Of a stretch of 64,000 nucleotides of DNA, positions 38,652 to 48,652 are shown piece by piece. The stretch comes from a virus. Taxonomy: Duplodnaviria > Caudoviricetes. The notes beneath the pieces are model-generated. The model was not told where the DNA came from, did no database searches, and saw nothing but the letters and a program-made list of their open reading frames with translations. The stretch is taken from positions 1 through 64,000 of IMG/VR virus record IMGVR_UViG_3300031813_000005, one strand, 5' to 3'. The position numbers and the translations under genes are program-made. Positions within the stretch are counted from its first letter, which is position 1, and each line of letters begins with the position of its first letter.

Positions 38652-41318
38652 TTAAGCATTATTAATTGTAATACCCTGTCCTTGTGGAAGAATATTGAAA
38701 ACTTCTACAATTATTTCTGCTGTCTTTGTTGGAACAATAGAGATAGACATTACAAGTTCATTGTTTTCTAATACTTGAGACGTATTAACATCAGAACCTA
38801 CATCTACTGTAAAGTTTCTAATGGCTCCTAAATTCTGTTGAGCCTGAAGAGTAGATTCGGCAAGCTGCTTCAAACGAAGAGCAGTAACGGAATCCCCTGG
38901 TTCAAATTCGAAATATTTAGAAGCAGTAGAAATAACCTTACGAAGATAAAGTAAAAGTCTACGAACATTTACACGATTAAGAGCAGTTGTAGCTCTTTGA
39001 AGGGTCATTTGACCGCGAATATAAATACCATAACCAGCTTCTGAATAAATTGGGTTAATTTGAGCAAGAGTTAGAGCATCTCTATCGCCCTGGTTTAAAA
39101 TACGTTCTACAGCTGTAGCATTTAATAAATTACCGCGATTACGGCCAGCTGGAGCAGTATATACGGCACCAACAGAGTCGTTATATGCGTATTGAGCAGA
39201 TACCATACCGCTGGGAGGAACAAAGAGGTTAACCTTGTTTACAGAATCAACAACCTGAACCCAAGGGTAATATACAGCAGCATAATTACTACCAGAAACT
39301 AACACATTATTTCTATAGTTAATAGCTTCTTGGACACTTAAACCATAAGGAGTATCAAGAATACACATACAGTCACTACGATTTTGGCAAAGACTAATCA
39401 TAGCAGCAGCAACAGCAGGGTCGGCAGACCAACCTGGAACAACTAATAAATTAATATCAATTGCTTCTGGGTCAGAAACGCTATAAATGCCAGTCTTATC
39501 AGCAGCATCACCAATAATAGTATAATTATCTACAATAGTTCCAGTAGAGCCGTTTTCAAGGAAAGCAGCATAAGAAGGATATGCTATGTTAGAAGAAGTA
39601 GTATTTACTGCTCCCGTAATAACACCTAATCCGCTTGCGTCAGTAAATAGACCAAAAGAAGGAGTTAAATTATCGGAAGGTGTGCCATTTGTAATAACGC
39701 CGCTTGTATAATTTAAAGTATCTACAGTAGCATAGTCTATTTTTAAACTAACATAGGCAGAGCTTGAATTGATAGTAGACTGTAAAACATCTGGTGTTCC
39801 AGTATATTGTTCTGTTAGAACAAAATCGCTCTGATATACACTGGAGGGAGAAATGGATAATCCAGTACCTCTGGTATATAAAGAAACAACATATTGTTGT
39901 TCATCACTTGCGTCTACATTATTTAAGTTTAAATCTACAGTAATAGCTACATTAGAGAAATCAGCTTCACCAAGAGAAGAGAACTTTAAAAATGTTGGGA
40001 CAAAAGAAGAGCCAGCAGCATTCATTACCCAAGTAGGTCTGGAAAGATTTAAAGAGAACGTTCCAGTAATCTGCATGTTTGTAGTAGATACAAATGGACC
40101 TGCGTTAGTTCCATAAGAGAAAGTAGAAGAAGCACCTAATGTAATACCAGCTAATACAATTGTTAATCCATCAGATTGCACTGTAGCAGAAGATAAGCCA
40201 GCAGAAGCTCCAGTAACAGGATTAATATAACCTAAACCAGTTACTCCATCAAATGTGGCAGCGCAAAGTGGATAAGCAGTAGCAAGATTTCCAGTTAAAG
40301 AACTTGAACCACCAGCAAAGGCAGAAATTATACCGTTTAATACTGCGGAAATTGAAAGTGCATTATTTGCGGCATTAGCGGCTGTAATAGTTCCAGTTCC
40401 ACCTGTTCCGGTATAGAACATTGGGATTGTAATAGTAACGTTTGGACTGGCTACGCTAACATAACTATTTATATTAGTTAAAGTTGGGGTAGCATTAGGA
40501 GTTCCGGTAGTAGTAAGAACCAGTGAAAGTGTTCCAGTAGTAGTTCCGTTAGAGGTACTACCAATAACAACAGTTTCAGCAGCGATAGCACCGGAAACAG
40601 CCTTTGTGGTACAGAGGAATGAGCCAGTAGCAGTTGCTAATATTGGAGAGTTGAAGCTATTGAATTTAGTAGCATCTACAGTTAAATACAAATCTGCTAA
40701 ATCATCTACAGCTAAATTAGTTACTGGAACAGAGCTTCCCTTACCATAACCGGTGTTTACTGTAAAAGAACGACCTACAACATAGCTATTAACAAGGCCA
40801 GAAGAAATAAAGCTTGATAAATCTGAACCTACCTTACCATTTATAGCAGCTACATTTGTGGTATCCGTAAAATCAAAACCAGATAATGTTACTGGAGGAG
40901 TTGTTGGTAATACTACTAATTGGTTAGCTCCAGTAGCGCCCGTAGAATTGCTTACCGTAAAAGTAGCAGTTGTTGCTGTATTTGAAGATAAGGTCCAATT
41001 ACCAGAGTATGGTGTATAACTGGCGGGTAGTGGAACAGTTAGTTTGGCAACAGAAGCATCAGATGGTGCTACACGTGTTACATATAACTGATTTCCTTGT
41101 TCCAAGTACGAAAGAGCCGCATATCCTAAATAATGATTAGGGTTTGGCTGTCCAAATAAACTTACATATTGAGAAGCGGAAGTTACAAGAGTGGGTGTTT
41201 CAGTTGGTCCCATATCTGAAGTTCCTACCATAGCTACAATGGTAGAAGACAGATTGGAAACATACTGTGACAAATCCTGCTCCAGTGTATATACGCCAGG
41301 GGAAATAAATGTTGTCAT
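38652..41318 (-). CDS. Contractile tail sheath protein (T4 gp18-like)
   Basis: FISPGVYTLEQD, YAAVYYPW, VPPSG, APAGRNRG, INPI and RVNVRRLL motifs. Confidence 0.97.
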   Translation of the reverse strand: MTTFISPGVYTLEQDLSQYVSNLSSTIVAMVGTSDMGPTETPTLVTSASQYVSLFGQPNPNHYLGYAALSYLEQGNQLYVTRVAPSDASVAKLTVPLPASYTPYSGNWTLSSNTATTATFTVSNSTGATGANQLVVLPTTPPVTLSGFDFTDTTNVAAINGKVGSDLSSFISSGLVNSYVVGRSFTVNTGYGKGSSVPVTNLAVDDLADLYLTVDATKFNSFNSPILATATGSFLCTTKAVSGAIAAETVVIGSTSNGTTTGTLSLVLTTTGTPNATPTLTNINSYVSVASPNVTITIPMFYTGTGGTGTITAANAANNALSISAVLNGIISAFAGGSSSLTGNLATAYPLCAATFDGVTGLGYINPVTGASAGLSSATVQSDGLTIVLAGITLGASSTFSYGTNAGPFVSTTNMQITGTFSLNLSRPTWVMNAAGSSFVPTFLKFSSLGEADFSNVAITVDLNLNNVDASDEQQYVVSLYTRGTGLSISPSSVYQSDFVLTEQYTGTPDVLQSTINSSSAYVSLKIDYATVDTLNYTSGVITNGTPSDNLTPSFGLFTDASGLGVITGAVNTTSSNIAYPSYAAFLENGSTGTIVDNYTIIGDAADKTGIYSVSDPEAIDINLLVVPGWSADPAVAAAMISLCQNRSDCMCILDTPYGLSVQEAINYRNNVLVSGSNYAAVYYPWVQVVDSVNKVNLFVPPSGMVSAQYAYNDSVGAVYTAPAGRNRGNLLNATAVERILNQGDRDALTLAQINPIYSEAGYGIYIRGQMTLQRATTALNRVNVRRLLLYLRKVISTASKYFEFEPGDSVTALRLKQLAESTLQAQQNLGAIRNFTVDVGSDVNTSQVLENNELVMSISIVPTKTAEIIVEVFNILPQGQGITINNA

Positions 41319-41344
41319 TGCTGTTAATCCTTAAAAATATTTTA

Positions 41345-41836
41345 TTAGCTTAATGTTAATACAGCTTGGTCAACGCGTAAGTCCACCGAAACATTTCTTA
41401 CGCCAGCACCGTCTTTCCAATCCATCTGTCCAAAGGCTAAACTTACGGGCCATGAACCAACTAATAACCAAGATTCAACAATAGAATGATCAGGACCATA
41501 TACTAAAAGTTGTAAATCTTGTTTATAATTTTGTGGATATCCCATAAGAGAGGTAGCTTGACTATAAATTGTAGTATACCATGCTTGTAGAGATTTTGAA
41601 GCAGCATTATCTACGAAATCATAAAACTCTAATTTTACTTCGCCGTATGTTACTTTTGAACCAGCAACATAGAACTTTTCGTGCATTCTATGGACTTCTA
41701 CTTTTTCTACTTCAATATTTGGTATACTAACAGAATGGCAGGTTAGGCGAAGAGAATCAGTTAATAATAACTCAAATCTATTAGTTCGCTTTGGTTCTGC
41801 TAAATTGTTGGTCCAACCCATCAACTTCTCACTCAT
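41345..41836 (-). CDS. Tail tube protein (T4 gp19-like)
   Basis: EPKRTNRF, AGSKVTY, YKQD...WLLVGSWPVSL motifs; 163 aa next to the sheath gene. Confidence 0.92.
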   Translation of the reverse strand: MSEKLMGWTNNLAEPKRTNRFELLLTDSLRLTCHSVSIPNIEVEKVEVHRMHEKFYVAGSKVTYGEVKLEFYDFVDNAASKSLQAWYTTIYSQATSLMGYPQNYKQDLQLLVYGPDHSIVESWLLVGSWPVSLAFGQMDWKDGAGVRNVSVDLRVDQAVLTLS

Positions 41837-41987
41837 AACTCATTCCTTTTCAATACTTTAAAGTGTTTTACTTGCTTGTTTCGTTTGTGGAGTTCAATTT
41901 CTCTACTATTTAATTACTGCTTTATTATAAGTTTCCCTGTCAGCTGTAATACATTTTATACACACAAGTTAATTGATATTTTTATAC

Positions 41988-42018
41988 AAAAAAAGAGGGC
42001 TCAAAAGAACCCTCTTTT
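41988..42018 (-). terminator. Intrinsic terminator after major capsid
   Basis: AAAAGAGGGTTC-TTTT-GAGCCCTCTTTTTTT. Confidence 0.9.
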
Positions 42019-42039
42019 CTTATATTGTTATACCAATTA

Positions 42040-43647
42040 TTAGCTCTGGTACATGTTAAGTACTTGGAGATTAGCAAGACCATACTTACCATCAAGTAGG
42101 ACCTTGTGGTCATATCTCTGTTGTAGACCAACGATTGTGGAGAACATGTCACCACTTAAAACGTCAGCTTGTGGAGGAGTTAAGTAAGTTACATAGGGGA
42201 AGTAAGCATAAGGAGCCTTGGCTAAATCCTTAGAAGTATAACCCATTAACATCTTATCAGACTGAGGATGATAAGCATTCTTGGCAATTGTATAACTGTC
42301 AATTGTACCCATCTTTTCAGCATTTACATTAAAGTCGCCCTGGTGAAGATGATTTAGGTCGCTCATATGGAAATTATTGGTGTTTTGTAGAATATTGAAG
42401 AGGTGTGGGTGGCAGATAGCGAAGAAATCATCACCACGTAGATAATTTACAGACATATCGTTAGAAACGAAGTTCATCTTGTGAACTAATGTCTGGTTGT
42501 ATTCAGCTTGCGTACCACGGAACTGACCAGTTGGATATAAAGCATTCCATGTGGTAGTAGCGTAGGCGGTCTGCATCATGGCTAAAGTTAATTCCTGGTC
42601 GATTTCAAGGGCCATTGTTTCAGTCATAGCAGTTACTAATTCCTTGAGGGCATCAATCTTGCCATCAGTGTAAGCTTCTAAATCCTGGATAGCTTCAGCA
42701 GAAATCTGAGCAAAGTTCTTACGAGCTTTGGCGTTAACCTGAATAGTATCCATAGCGAAGCTGATTTCACTTAAAGCAGTCTTATTACGCTCAAGAGAGA
42801 AGGAGTAATTCATTTCCCAGTGGAAAGTATCAGCAGGTTCACCAGAAACATCAGATTGCTGAGGAACTGGAAGAGCAGCTAAATTGACCATAGGAGCGGT
42901 GCCATTTAATACACCATAGTTAGCAATAGTAACACCAGATAATACTAAACCAGTTGAAGAGCTGACGAAAAGACCAGCACCATTATCGTAAGCATAAACT
43001 ACAGCAGAACGAGGATCGTTGTCAGGAACTAACATAATCTGGGCAGAGCCAGGAAGTAAAGGACCATAAGCAAGTGTTTGACCATTAGAGCCAGTTACAC
43101 CAGAAGCAGACATTACTTCACCAACTACTGATTGAGCAGAATAGTTAGGGTCTAATGCAAACTTATTACCCTGCCAAATGTTCTGACCAATTACTTGACC
43201 AGTAGCAGATGTTACAGGAGTGTAACGTTGAAGCTGGCTGGGATCAGCCCATTCTGTACCAGCACCAACACCATCCTTGGCATTTTTGCGGTTTAAACGG
43301 AAGGTTTGGATTATCTGTGTAGGAACATCCAACTGACGAGTAGCAACGAACTTCGTAGCAACTACCTGGGGTAGAACACGACGAATAATTGTTGGTAACA
43401 TGGCCTTGTTGTAACCACCAGGAGTGGTTGCAGCGGTTGTAGTGGCTTCAGATAAACTTAAAGCATACTTCATAGACTGTACGGTGTGCATAAATACTGT
43501 ATTACGAGTATCTTCATCCTTGATGCCCTGAAGGTGTTCCATGATGCCTGCCCAGTATGGGGCACGACCACGGGACTTGGCTACTTCTTCATCTCGCTTG
43601 AGAATAGATTTAACCTTTGATTCTAATAGAGGTTCTTGATTTAACAT
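42040..43647 (-). CDS. Major capsid protein (T4 gp23-like)
   Basis: PTIIRRVLP, VNAKARK, EAIQDL, MALEIDQE and YAYFPYV motifs; biased codon usage; strong terminator; likely cleavage at LSE^A. Confidence 0.96.
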   Translation of the reverse strand: MLNQEPLLESKVKSILKRDEEVAKSRGRAPYWAGIMEHLQGIKDEDTRNTVFMHTVQSMKYALSLSEATTTAATTPGGYNKAMLPTIIRRVLPQVVATKFVATRQLDVPTQIIQTFRLNRKNAKDGVGAGTEWADPSQLQRYTPVTSATGQVIGQNIWQGNKFALDPNYSAQSVVGEVMSASGVTGSNGQTLAYGPLLPGSAQIMLVPDNDPRSAVVYAYDNGAGLFVSSSTGLVLSGVTIANYGVLNGTAPMVNLAALPVPQQSDVSGEPADTFHWEMNYSFSLERNKTALSEISFAMDTIQVNAKARKNFAQISAEAIQDLEAYTDGKIDALKELVTAMTETMALEIDQELTLAMMQTAYATTTWNALYPTGQFRGTQAEYNQTLVHKMNFVSNDMSVNYLRGDDFFAICHPHLFNILQNTNNFHMSDLNHLHQGDFNVNAEKMGTIDSYTIAKNAYHPQSDKMLMGYTSKDLAKAPYAYFPYVTYLTPPQADVLSGDMFSTIVGLQQRYDHKVLLDGKYGLANLQVLNMYQS

Positions 43648-43707
43648 TTAGGTCTTTCTCCCTTAAATTCGGTTTTGTTTTTTATTACAATTGTTTCTTA
43701 CGTTAAT

Positions 43708-43715
43708 ACTTAATT
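43708..43715 (-). promoter_or_regulatory. Late-promoter motif AATTAAGT (major capsid)
   Basis: Intergenic, upstream of the major capsid gene. Confidence 0.65.
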
Positions 43716-43747
43716 ATAGTTTTTATTAAGTCGTTTGTTGGGTTTAT

Positions 43748-44602
43748 TTAAAAAATATCAAGGGGTTCGAGCATTCCCTTTGGGGCAGAGGTAGAAGCTA
43801 TTTTTGCGGCTTCTCTCTTTTTTACATCCTCTGCTAAAGCTACTAAAGAAGACTTCATATCTTTAGTTGGTTTTGTGGGAGTTTCAGCAACTGGAGCAGG
43901 AGCTACAACAGCTTCTGTTACAGGTTCGGCTGGTTTAGCTTCTTCTCTAATTGAAGCCTTAATGCTTTCAATAGCATCTTTTGCTTCTACTAACGTATTT
44001 GGTTTTGCTTCTTTTAAAGCAGCAACAATTACTGTTTTCTTTTCTAATGGATAGCCAGCACATTCTTTAACAACTAAAGCCTCTAATTCATCAGAAAGTA
44101 CCTTGCTACGAAGTTTAGCATTTTCAAGCTTTTCAGCGTTTAATAAGCTCTTGTACTTTTCAACACTTTCAGTATTAGCTTCTACTAATTCATTAATGTT
44201 GAAAAAAGGAGAAAGTGAACGAACAGCATTAGAAAAAGCTTCTTGCATCTTTTCAATCTTGCTGTCTGGAGTAGCATCTTCTGTTACAGCTTTAGTAACC
44301 TTACTAACAGACTCGTTAATAAAATTGAATACATCTGTAGCAACTTTCTTTGAAAGTTCCTTAAACTTGGCTTCATAAACATCTTTTAATTTAGCTTCGT
44401 ATAAATTAGCCTTGCTTAAAAGCATTTGCTTTTTGATGAATAGTTCTTTTTCGCCAGCTTTTTTAGCTTCTTCAAGTTCTTGCAGCTTTTTATCGAGAGC
44501 ATCTTGACGCTCCTTGCACTGCTCTTGAATAGCAGATTCTAAAACCTCTTTAATTTCAGGGGTTTCTAATAATTCATTAATTTCTTTTATTTTAATTGCC
44601 AT
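43748..44602 (-). CDS. Prohead scaffold (T4 gp22-like)
   Basis: E/K-rich coiled coil with many L/IxE sites, located between protease and capsid genes. Start at ATG 44602 (AGGTG RBS). Confidence 0.8.
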   Translation of the reverse strand: MAIKIKEINELLETPEIKEVLESAIQEQCKERQDALDKKLQELEEAKKAGEKELFIKKQMLLSKANLYEAKLKDVYEAKFKELSKKVATDVFNFINESVSKVTKAVTEDATPDSKIEKMQEAFSNAVRSLSPFFNINELVEANTESVEKYKSLLNAEKLENAKLRSKVLSDELEALVVKECAGYPLEKKTVIVAALKEAKPNTLVEAKDAIESIKASIREEAKPAEPVTEAVVAPAPVAETPTKPTKDMKSSLVALAEDVKKREAAKIASTSAPKGMLEPLDIF

Positions 44603-44616
44603 GTTTATCACCTACA

Positions 44617-44624
44617 AGTTAATT
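44617..44624 (-). promoter_or_regulatory. Late-promoter motif AATTAACT (scaffold)
   Basis: Sits in the 25-nt gap between protease and scaffold genes. Confidence 0.6.
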
Positions 44625-44627
44625 GTA

Positions 44628-45275
44628 TTACTTATTTCTTAAAATTTCTCTAATATGTTCTTTAAATTGTTCTGTAATTCTTTCATCTTCTAAGGCTTGA
44701 TGTATAGAACGACCGTATTTCTTTGCTTCATTTACAGCATGAACATAAGCTTGTTGTGTGCTTGGATCGTGAACACAATCAAACGTTATTAGCTTATATT
44801 CATTTACTACATCACCAGTACTATATCCTTTAGATAAAGCACCTAACCCACGGCTTGAAATACCAACCGTACAATTATTTCTAATTAAAGCACCAAGTAA
44901 TCTACCAGAAGGTGTTCCTGCTGGACCTGGGTCATCAAATACTATTGCTTCTCCGAGTAAATCTTTACCAGAGAAGTTTAATGTCGTAATAACGTGACTT
45001 ACATTCTTTAACGATACTGTAGGATTACCATCAGCTGGGTGGTCTAATTCACCAAACATGTTTTTTGAATCTAAACTATCTTTAGCTTCCCCTAAAGCAC
45101 GAACTAATACATCATAAGGATATACTCTACCATTATGATTTTTAGCATCAGCTCTTTGAAAAATGCCACGGATTTTTAAACTTTTCCAAGAAGAGTTTGG
45201 AGTAAGGGCTTCTTCAAGAACCTCAAAACCACGGGTTGTACCGCAGTCATCTTTCATGAACTCTAAATTACTCAT
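44628..45275 (-). CDS. Prohead protease (T4 gp21-like)
   Basis: GIFQRADAKNHNGRVYP, GELDHP, GISSRGLG and FDCVHDPS motifs. Confidence 0.97.
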   Translation of the reverse strand: MSNLEFMKDDCGTTRGFEVLEEALTPNSSWKSLKIRGIFQRADAKNHNGRVYPYDVLVRALGEAKDSLDSKNMFGELDHPADGNPTVSLKNVSHVITTLNFSGKDLLGEAIVFDDPGPAGTPSGRLLGALIRNNCTVGISSRGLGALSKGYSTGDVVNEYKLITFDCVHDPSTQQAYVHAVNEAKKYGRSIHQALEDERITEQFKEHIREILRNK

Positions 45276-45284
45276 TATTAATCC

Positions 45285-46568
45285 TTATGCTACTGGTAGC
45301 TGTCCTGGAGCCTGTGAAGGAGCCGAAGCAGCTGGAGGAGCTTGTGGTGCGCTTGCGTTTGCTGAACCCTGTTCAACATTTTCTACTGGGGTAGAACTTT
45401 GTTCACCTTCTGGTGGTAATTGGTCTTCTAAAGGCTGTTCCTCTTCACCCATTAATTCGTCAGCAGGGGTATGATAAGAACTGTCAAGGAAATAAGAAAT
45501 CATTGGATTCCAACGAGCTTCTATTTCAGCAAGCCTATCATCACCAAGCTCTTCGCCATCTTCTAATGCTAATAAATCAGCATTAATCTGGTCAGCTAAA
45601 TCTGGGTCTACTTGTTCATCAGCAGAATCAGCAGCCTTATCATGAATAAAGTCTTGCATTGCTAATAAAATAGATTTTAATGTGGTTTTGTGTAATTGCT
45701 TAATATCTTCTTCAGAGAACATAGCTGGATTAAATGGGGCAAATTCTTTGCTCTCATCTTCAGCATTTATGTCCTCTTTTTCTGTAGGAACAGAAGGGAT
45801 TTCCTCTTCTTCACGGTCTAAATCAGACTGTTCTTCATCACTAAACTTACCAGCGCCAGCATCGTATCTGTTTTCTCTATGACTACCATCTTCCATATTC
45901 CACTCTAATATCTCATAAAGATTATTAGTAACAGATTCGGCTAAAAAGGTATTTCCTAATAGAGCGTCTGTAACGATTGCTTTTACTTTTTCTTTTCCTA
46001 AATTCAATACTTTACCTAAATCAGACTCAACAATAGCCATTAAATTAGTAGTGGCTAATTCTTTATCTTCTTCAGTACCTTCAGAAATTACAGTAGCATT
46101 AAAGATTTCAGCTTTAAAAGCAGGAATATGCTTTCTGGCTTCCATTCTAATTGCTCTGCCTTCTGATTTCTTTATTAACTCTTCTGTAAACATATCAGGA
46201 TATCTATTTTTTAAAATAGACATTTGATAAAAAGTTTCACAGAACTCGTCAAGATTTTCTTGAGCATCTACAAGATTTTCTGAAATAACACACTCAACTA
46301 CTTTGTTAAGCATATTTTTCATAGATTCTGTTAAGTCATTCTTTGAAATCTCTATAACTTCATTATTTAAAACATGAGATGAAGTCATTCTTGACTCTGT
46401 AAGAGGGTTTTTAAACTTGGCTAAAACCAGCCTGTGCCCTTTTGTAAAGAGAACGGAGTCATTAGTGTATTCTAAAATCGTGCAGTCTTCGGTTAGTAAA
46501 TTAGATAATTTACTCCCCAAAGCTAAATTACCACCACGAAGTATGTCTATAAAAGTTTGTAGTTTCAT
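45285..46568 (-). CDS. Putative prohead core protein
   Basis: Acidic, many LxE sites; lies between portal and protease like T4 gp67/gp68. Confidence 0.55.
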   Translation of the reverse strand: MKLQTFIDILRGGNLALGSKLSNLLTEDCTILEYTNDSVLFTKGHRLVLAKFKNPLTESRMTSSHVLNNEVIEISKNDLTESMKNMLNKVVECVISENLVDAQENLDEFCETFYQMSILKNRYPDMFTEELIKKSEGRAIRMEARKHIPAFKAEIFNATVISEGTEEDKELATTNLMAIVESDLGKVLNLGKEKVKAIVTDALLGNTFLAESVTNNLYEILEWNMEDGSHRENRYDAGAGKFSDEEQSDLDREEEEIPSVPTEKEDINAEDESKEFAPFNPAMFSEEDIKQLHKTTLKSILLAMQDFIHDKAADSADEQVDPDLADQINADLLALEDGEELGDDRLAEIEARWNPMISYFLDSSYHTPADELMGEEEQPLEDQLPPEGEQSSTPVENVEQGSANASAPQAPPAASAPSQAPGQLPVA

Positions 46569-46628
46569 TTTTTAACCCTAAGTTAATGTTTTATAAAAGA
46601 CTGTTCAATAATTTAATTGTTAAAGAGT

Positions 46629-48617
46629 TTAATCAATTAAGCGGTTAATGTTAGCTTGAAATTCATCACTTAAAAGAGGGTCTAATACCTCATCCTCTTT
46701 TATTGTCTCTGTAAGGATTTCATTTTTCTTCTTTTCTTCCTCTTCTTGCTTTTTGATTAAATCACGAATTTCAGTTACAAGAACTCTTGGTGAACGTACT
46801 TTAACTCTTGTTTCAATAGAAGCACCTTCATATAGAGGAGTGTTTTCACTGTTATACTCATATTGTTGTACTAAAGGAGAGGGCTGTGCTGCTGGAACCT
46901 GTGCTCCTGGACCTTGCGGAGTTCCTGCTGGTATATTAGCAGGATTTAATGTTGGTAGTGGAGCTTCTACGCCTTCTCCTGGCATACCTTCCATACCAGG
47001 AGAAATAGTATCTAATCCTGGCATACCGCCACCCATAGGCATTCCTCCACCCATTCCACCAGCTTGAGCTGCTGCGGCTGCGGCTGGGTCTAATTTTAAC
47101 ATAGCTTGAATATCCGCATCGTTTTTCTTTAATACGTTCTTTAATACCCATTCACGATTAATACCTTGACTTAAATATGCTTGTGCTAATCCAACAGCAG
47201 CTGTGTCAAGTTCTATACGAGCTTTTTCTTCAATATATGACGGTCTTGTCATTACAAGACTAAAAGACTTTAGTTCAGAAACATCTGTTATGCCTTTAAT
47301 AGCTAAATGAATTACACAAAGCTCTTTTATAACAGATAAGAAATCTTCTTGGATATTGGCTAATGCTTTTCCAAACGTAACATTTTGTTGAGATAAAGTT
47401 CCTTTTGAGTTTACATCACCTTCAAAGCCCAAGAAAGCTTTTGGAACTTTAAGAGCCGAGAAAAGTCGATTATTTAGATACATTAAATCTTCAATATCGC
47501 CAAGATTTTGGGCAGGTTGAAGCATATCTACTTTAGAGCTTTGTGCTGTTTTAGATACAGGAATAAAGATATTAGCATTCATATCTAATAACTGATAACG
47601 TTCATTTAACTTACCAGTTGGGTCATAATACTCTCTCTTATTGATGGAGTTAATCTGACGTTTAACAAGAGCTTCTATATCAGCACCTTGATTATTACCA
47701 ACATCAACATAAAATACTAATCTGGCGGGACCTCGATTTAACCTATATATAATGATACTATCTAAAAGTAAGTCAACTTTTTTCCAAACATCTACTGCCG
47801 CTTCTAAACTTGATACACCATAAGGCTCAAACATTCCGTTTCCACGGCGCTTAAAATGAAGCATTTCATATTTAAGGAAAGGAATAAGATTGTCTTTATC
47901 TGTTTCTGTAGAAGTTTTCATCTTCCTTGTCATATAAGGAAGAGATAGAGTAGTTAAGTCAATGAAGGGACTTTGTGTAGAATACTGTGAACTGGCATCA
48001 AGAGAGTTCTGTCTAACAATTTCCATATCCTGAACATAGCCTTGGAGTTCTCCATCAACATCTAAACGATAGACTCCGCGAGGATCTAATTGCATTAAAT
48101 CAATCACACCTTTACGAGCATCAAGCTTTATGGATTCAAACCTATCACCATATTTACACATATCTCTTATGACAGACCAGGATTTCCAATTATTCAATCC
48201 GGTTGTTTCTAACATATCCATTAATTCATCTTGAATATATTTAGAAGAACTTGATACTGTAATTACTTCTTGTCCACTACCTTTTTGTGTAGCTTCGTTA
48301 GCATATACATCTAACGCAGATGCCACTAAATCCGTATCCATTCTATCATATATAGAATATCTCGCATGCCGTAGATTTTCTCTATCTAAATATCTATGAA
48401 ATACTGGACCATCTGTTCTATCAACATATACGCCAACTCCCATTCCTTTTTTAGAAATAACAGTGGGTTCGATAGCGGCAGTAGTAGCATTTTTACTATT
48501 TATAGCCTGTAAAGCCTGTTCAACGCCTAATCTTGTAGAGAACTCTTCTGGCCTGCTTCTTGTAAATAAGGAAGCAATTGCTGTCATTATACTCTTTTTT
48601 TGTTTTTCTTCTGCCAT
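46629..48617 (-). CDS. Portal protein (T4 gp20-like)
   Basis: IIYRLNRGPARLVFYVDVGN, QNLGDIEDLMYL and LFSALKVP motifs. Confidence 0.96.
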   Translation of the reverse strand: MAEEKQKKSIMTAIASLFTRSRPEEFSTRLGVEQALQAINSKNATTAAIEPTVISKKGMGVGVYVDRTDGPVFHRYLDRENLRHARYSIYDRMDTDLVASALDVYANEATQKGSGQEVITVSSSSKYIQDELMDMLETTGLNNWKSWSVIRDMCKYGDRFESIKLDARKGVIDLMQLDPRGVYRLDVDGELQGYVQDMEIVRQNSLDASSQYSTQSPFIDLTTLSLPYMTRKMKTSTETDKDNLIPFLKYEMLHFKRRGNGMFEPYGVSSLEAAVDVWKKVDLLLDSIIIYRLNRGPARLVFYVDVGNNQGADIEALVKRQINSINKREYYDPTGKLNERYQLLDMNANIFIPVSKTAQSSKVDMLQPAQNLGDIEDLMYLNNRLFSALKVPKAFLGFEGDVNSKGTLSQQNVTFGKALANIQEDFLSVIKELCVIHLAIKGITDVSELKSFSLVMTRPSYIEEKARIELDTAAVGLAQAYLSQGINREWVLKNVLKKNDADIQAMLKLDPAAAAAAQAGGMGGGMPMGGGMPGLDTISPGMEGMPGEGVEAPLPTLNPANIPAGTPQGPGAQVPAAQPSPLVQQYEYNSENTPLYEGASIETRVKVRSPRVLVTEIRDLIKKQEEEEKKKNEILTETIKEDEVLDPLLSDEFQANINRLID

Positions 48618-48652
48618 TTAAATTATCCTATACTTTCATATCGTGTATCATA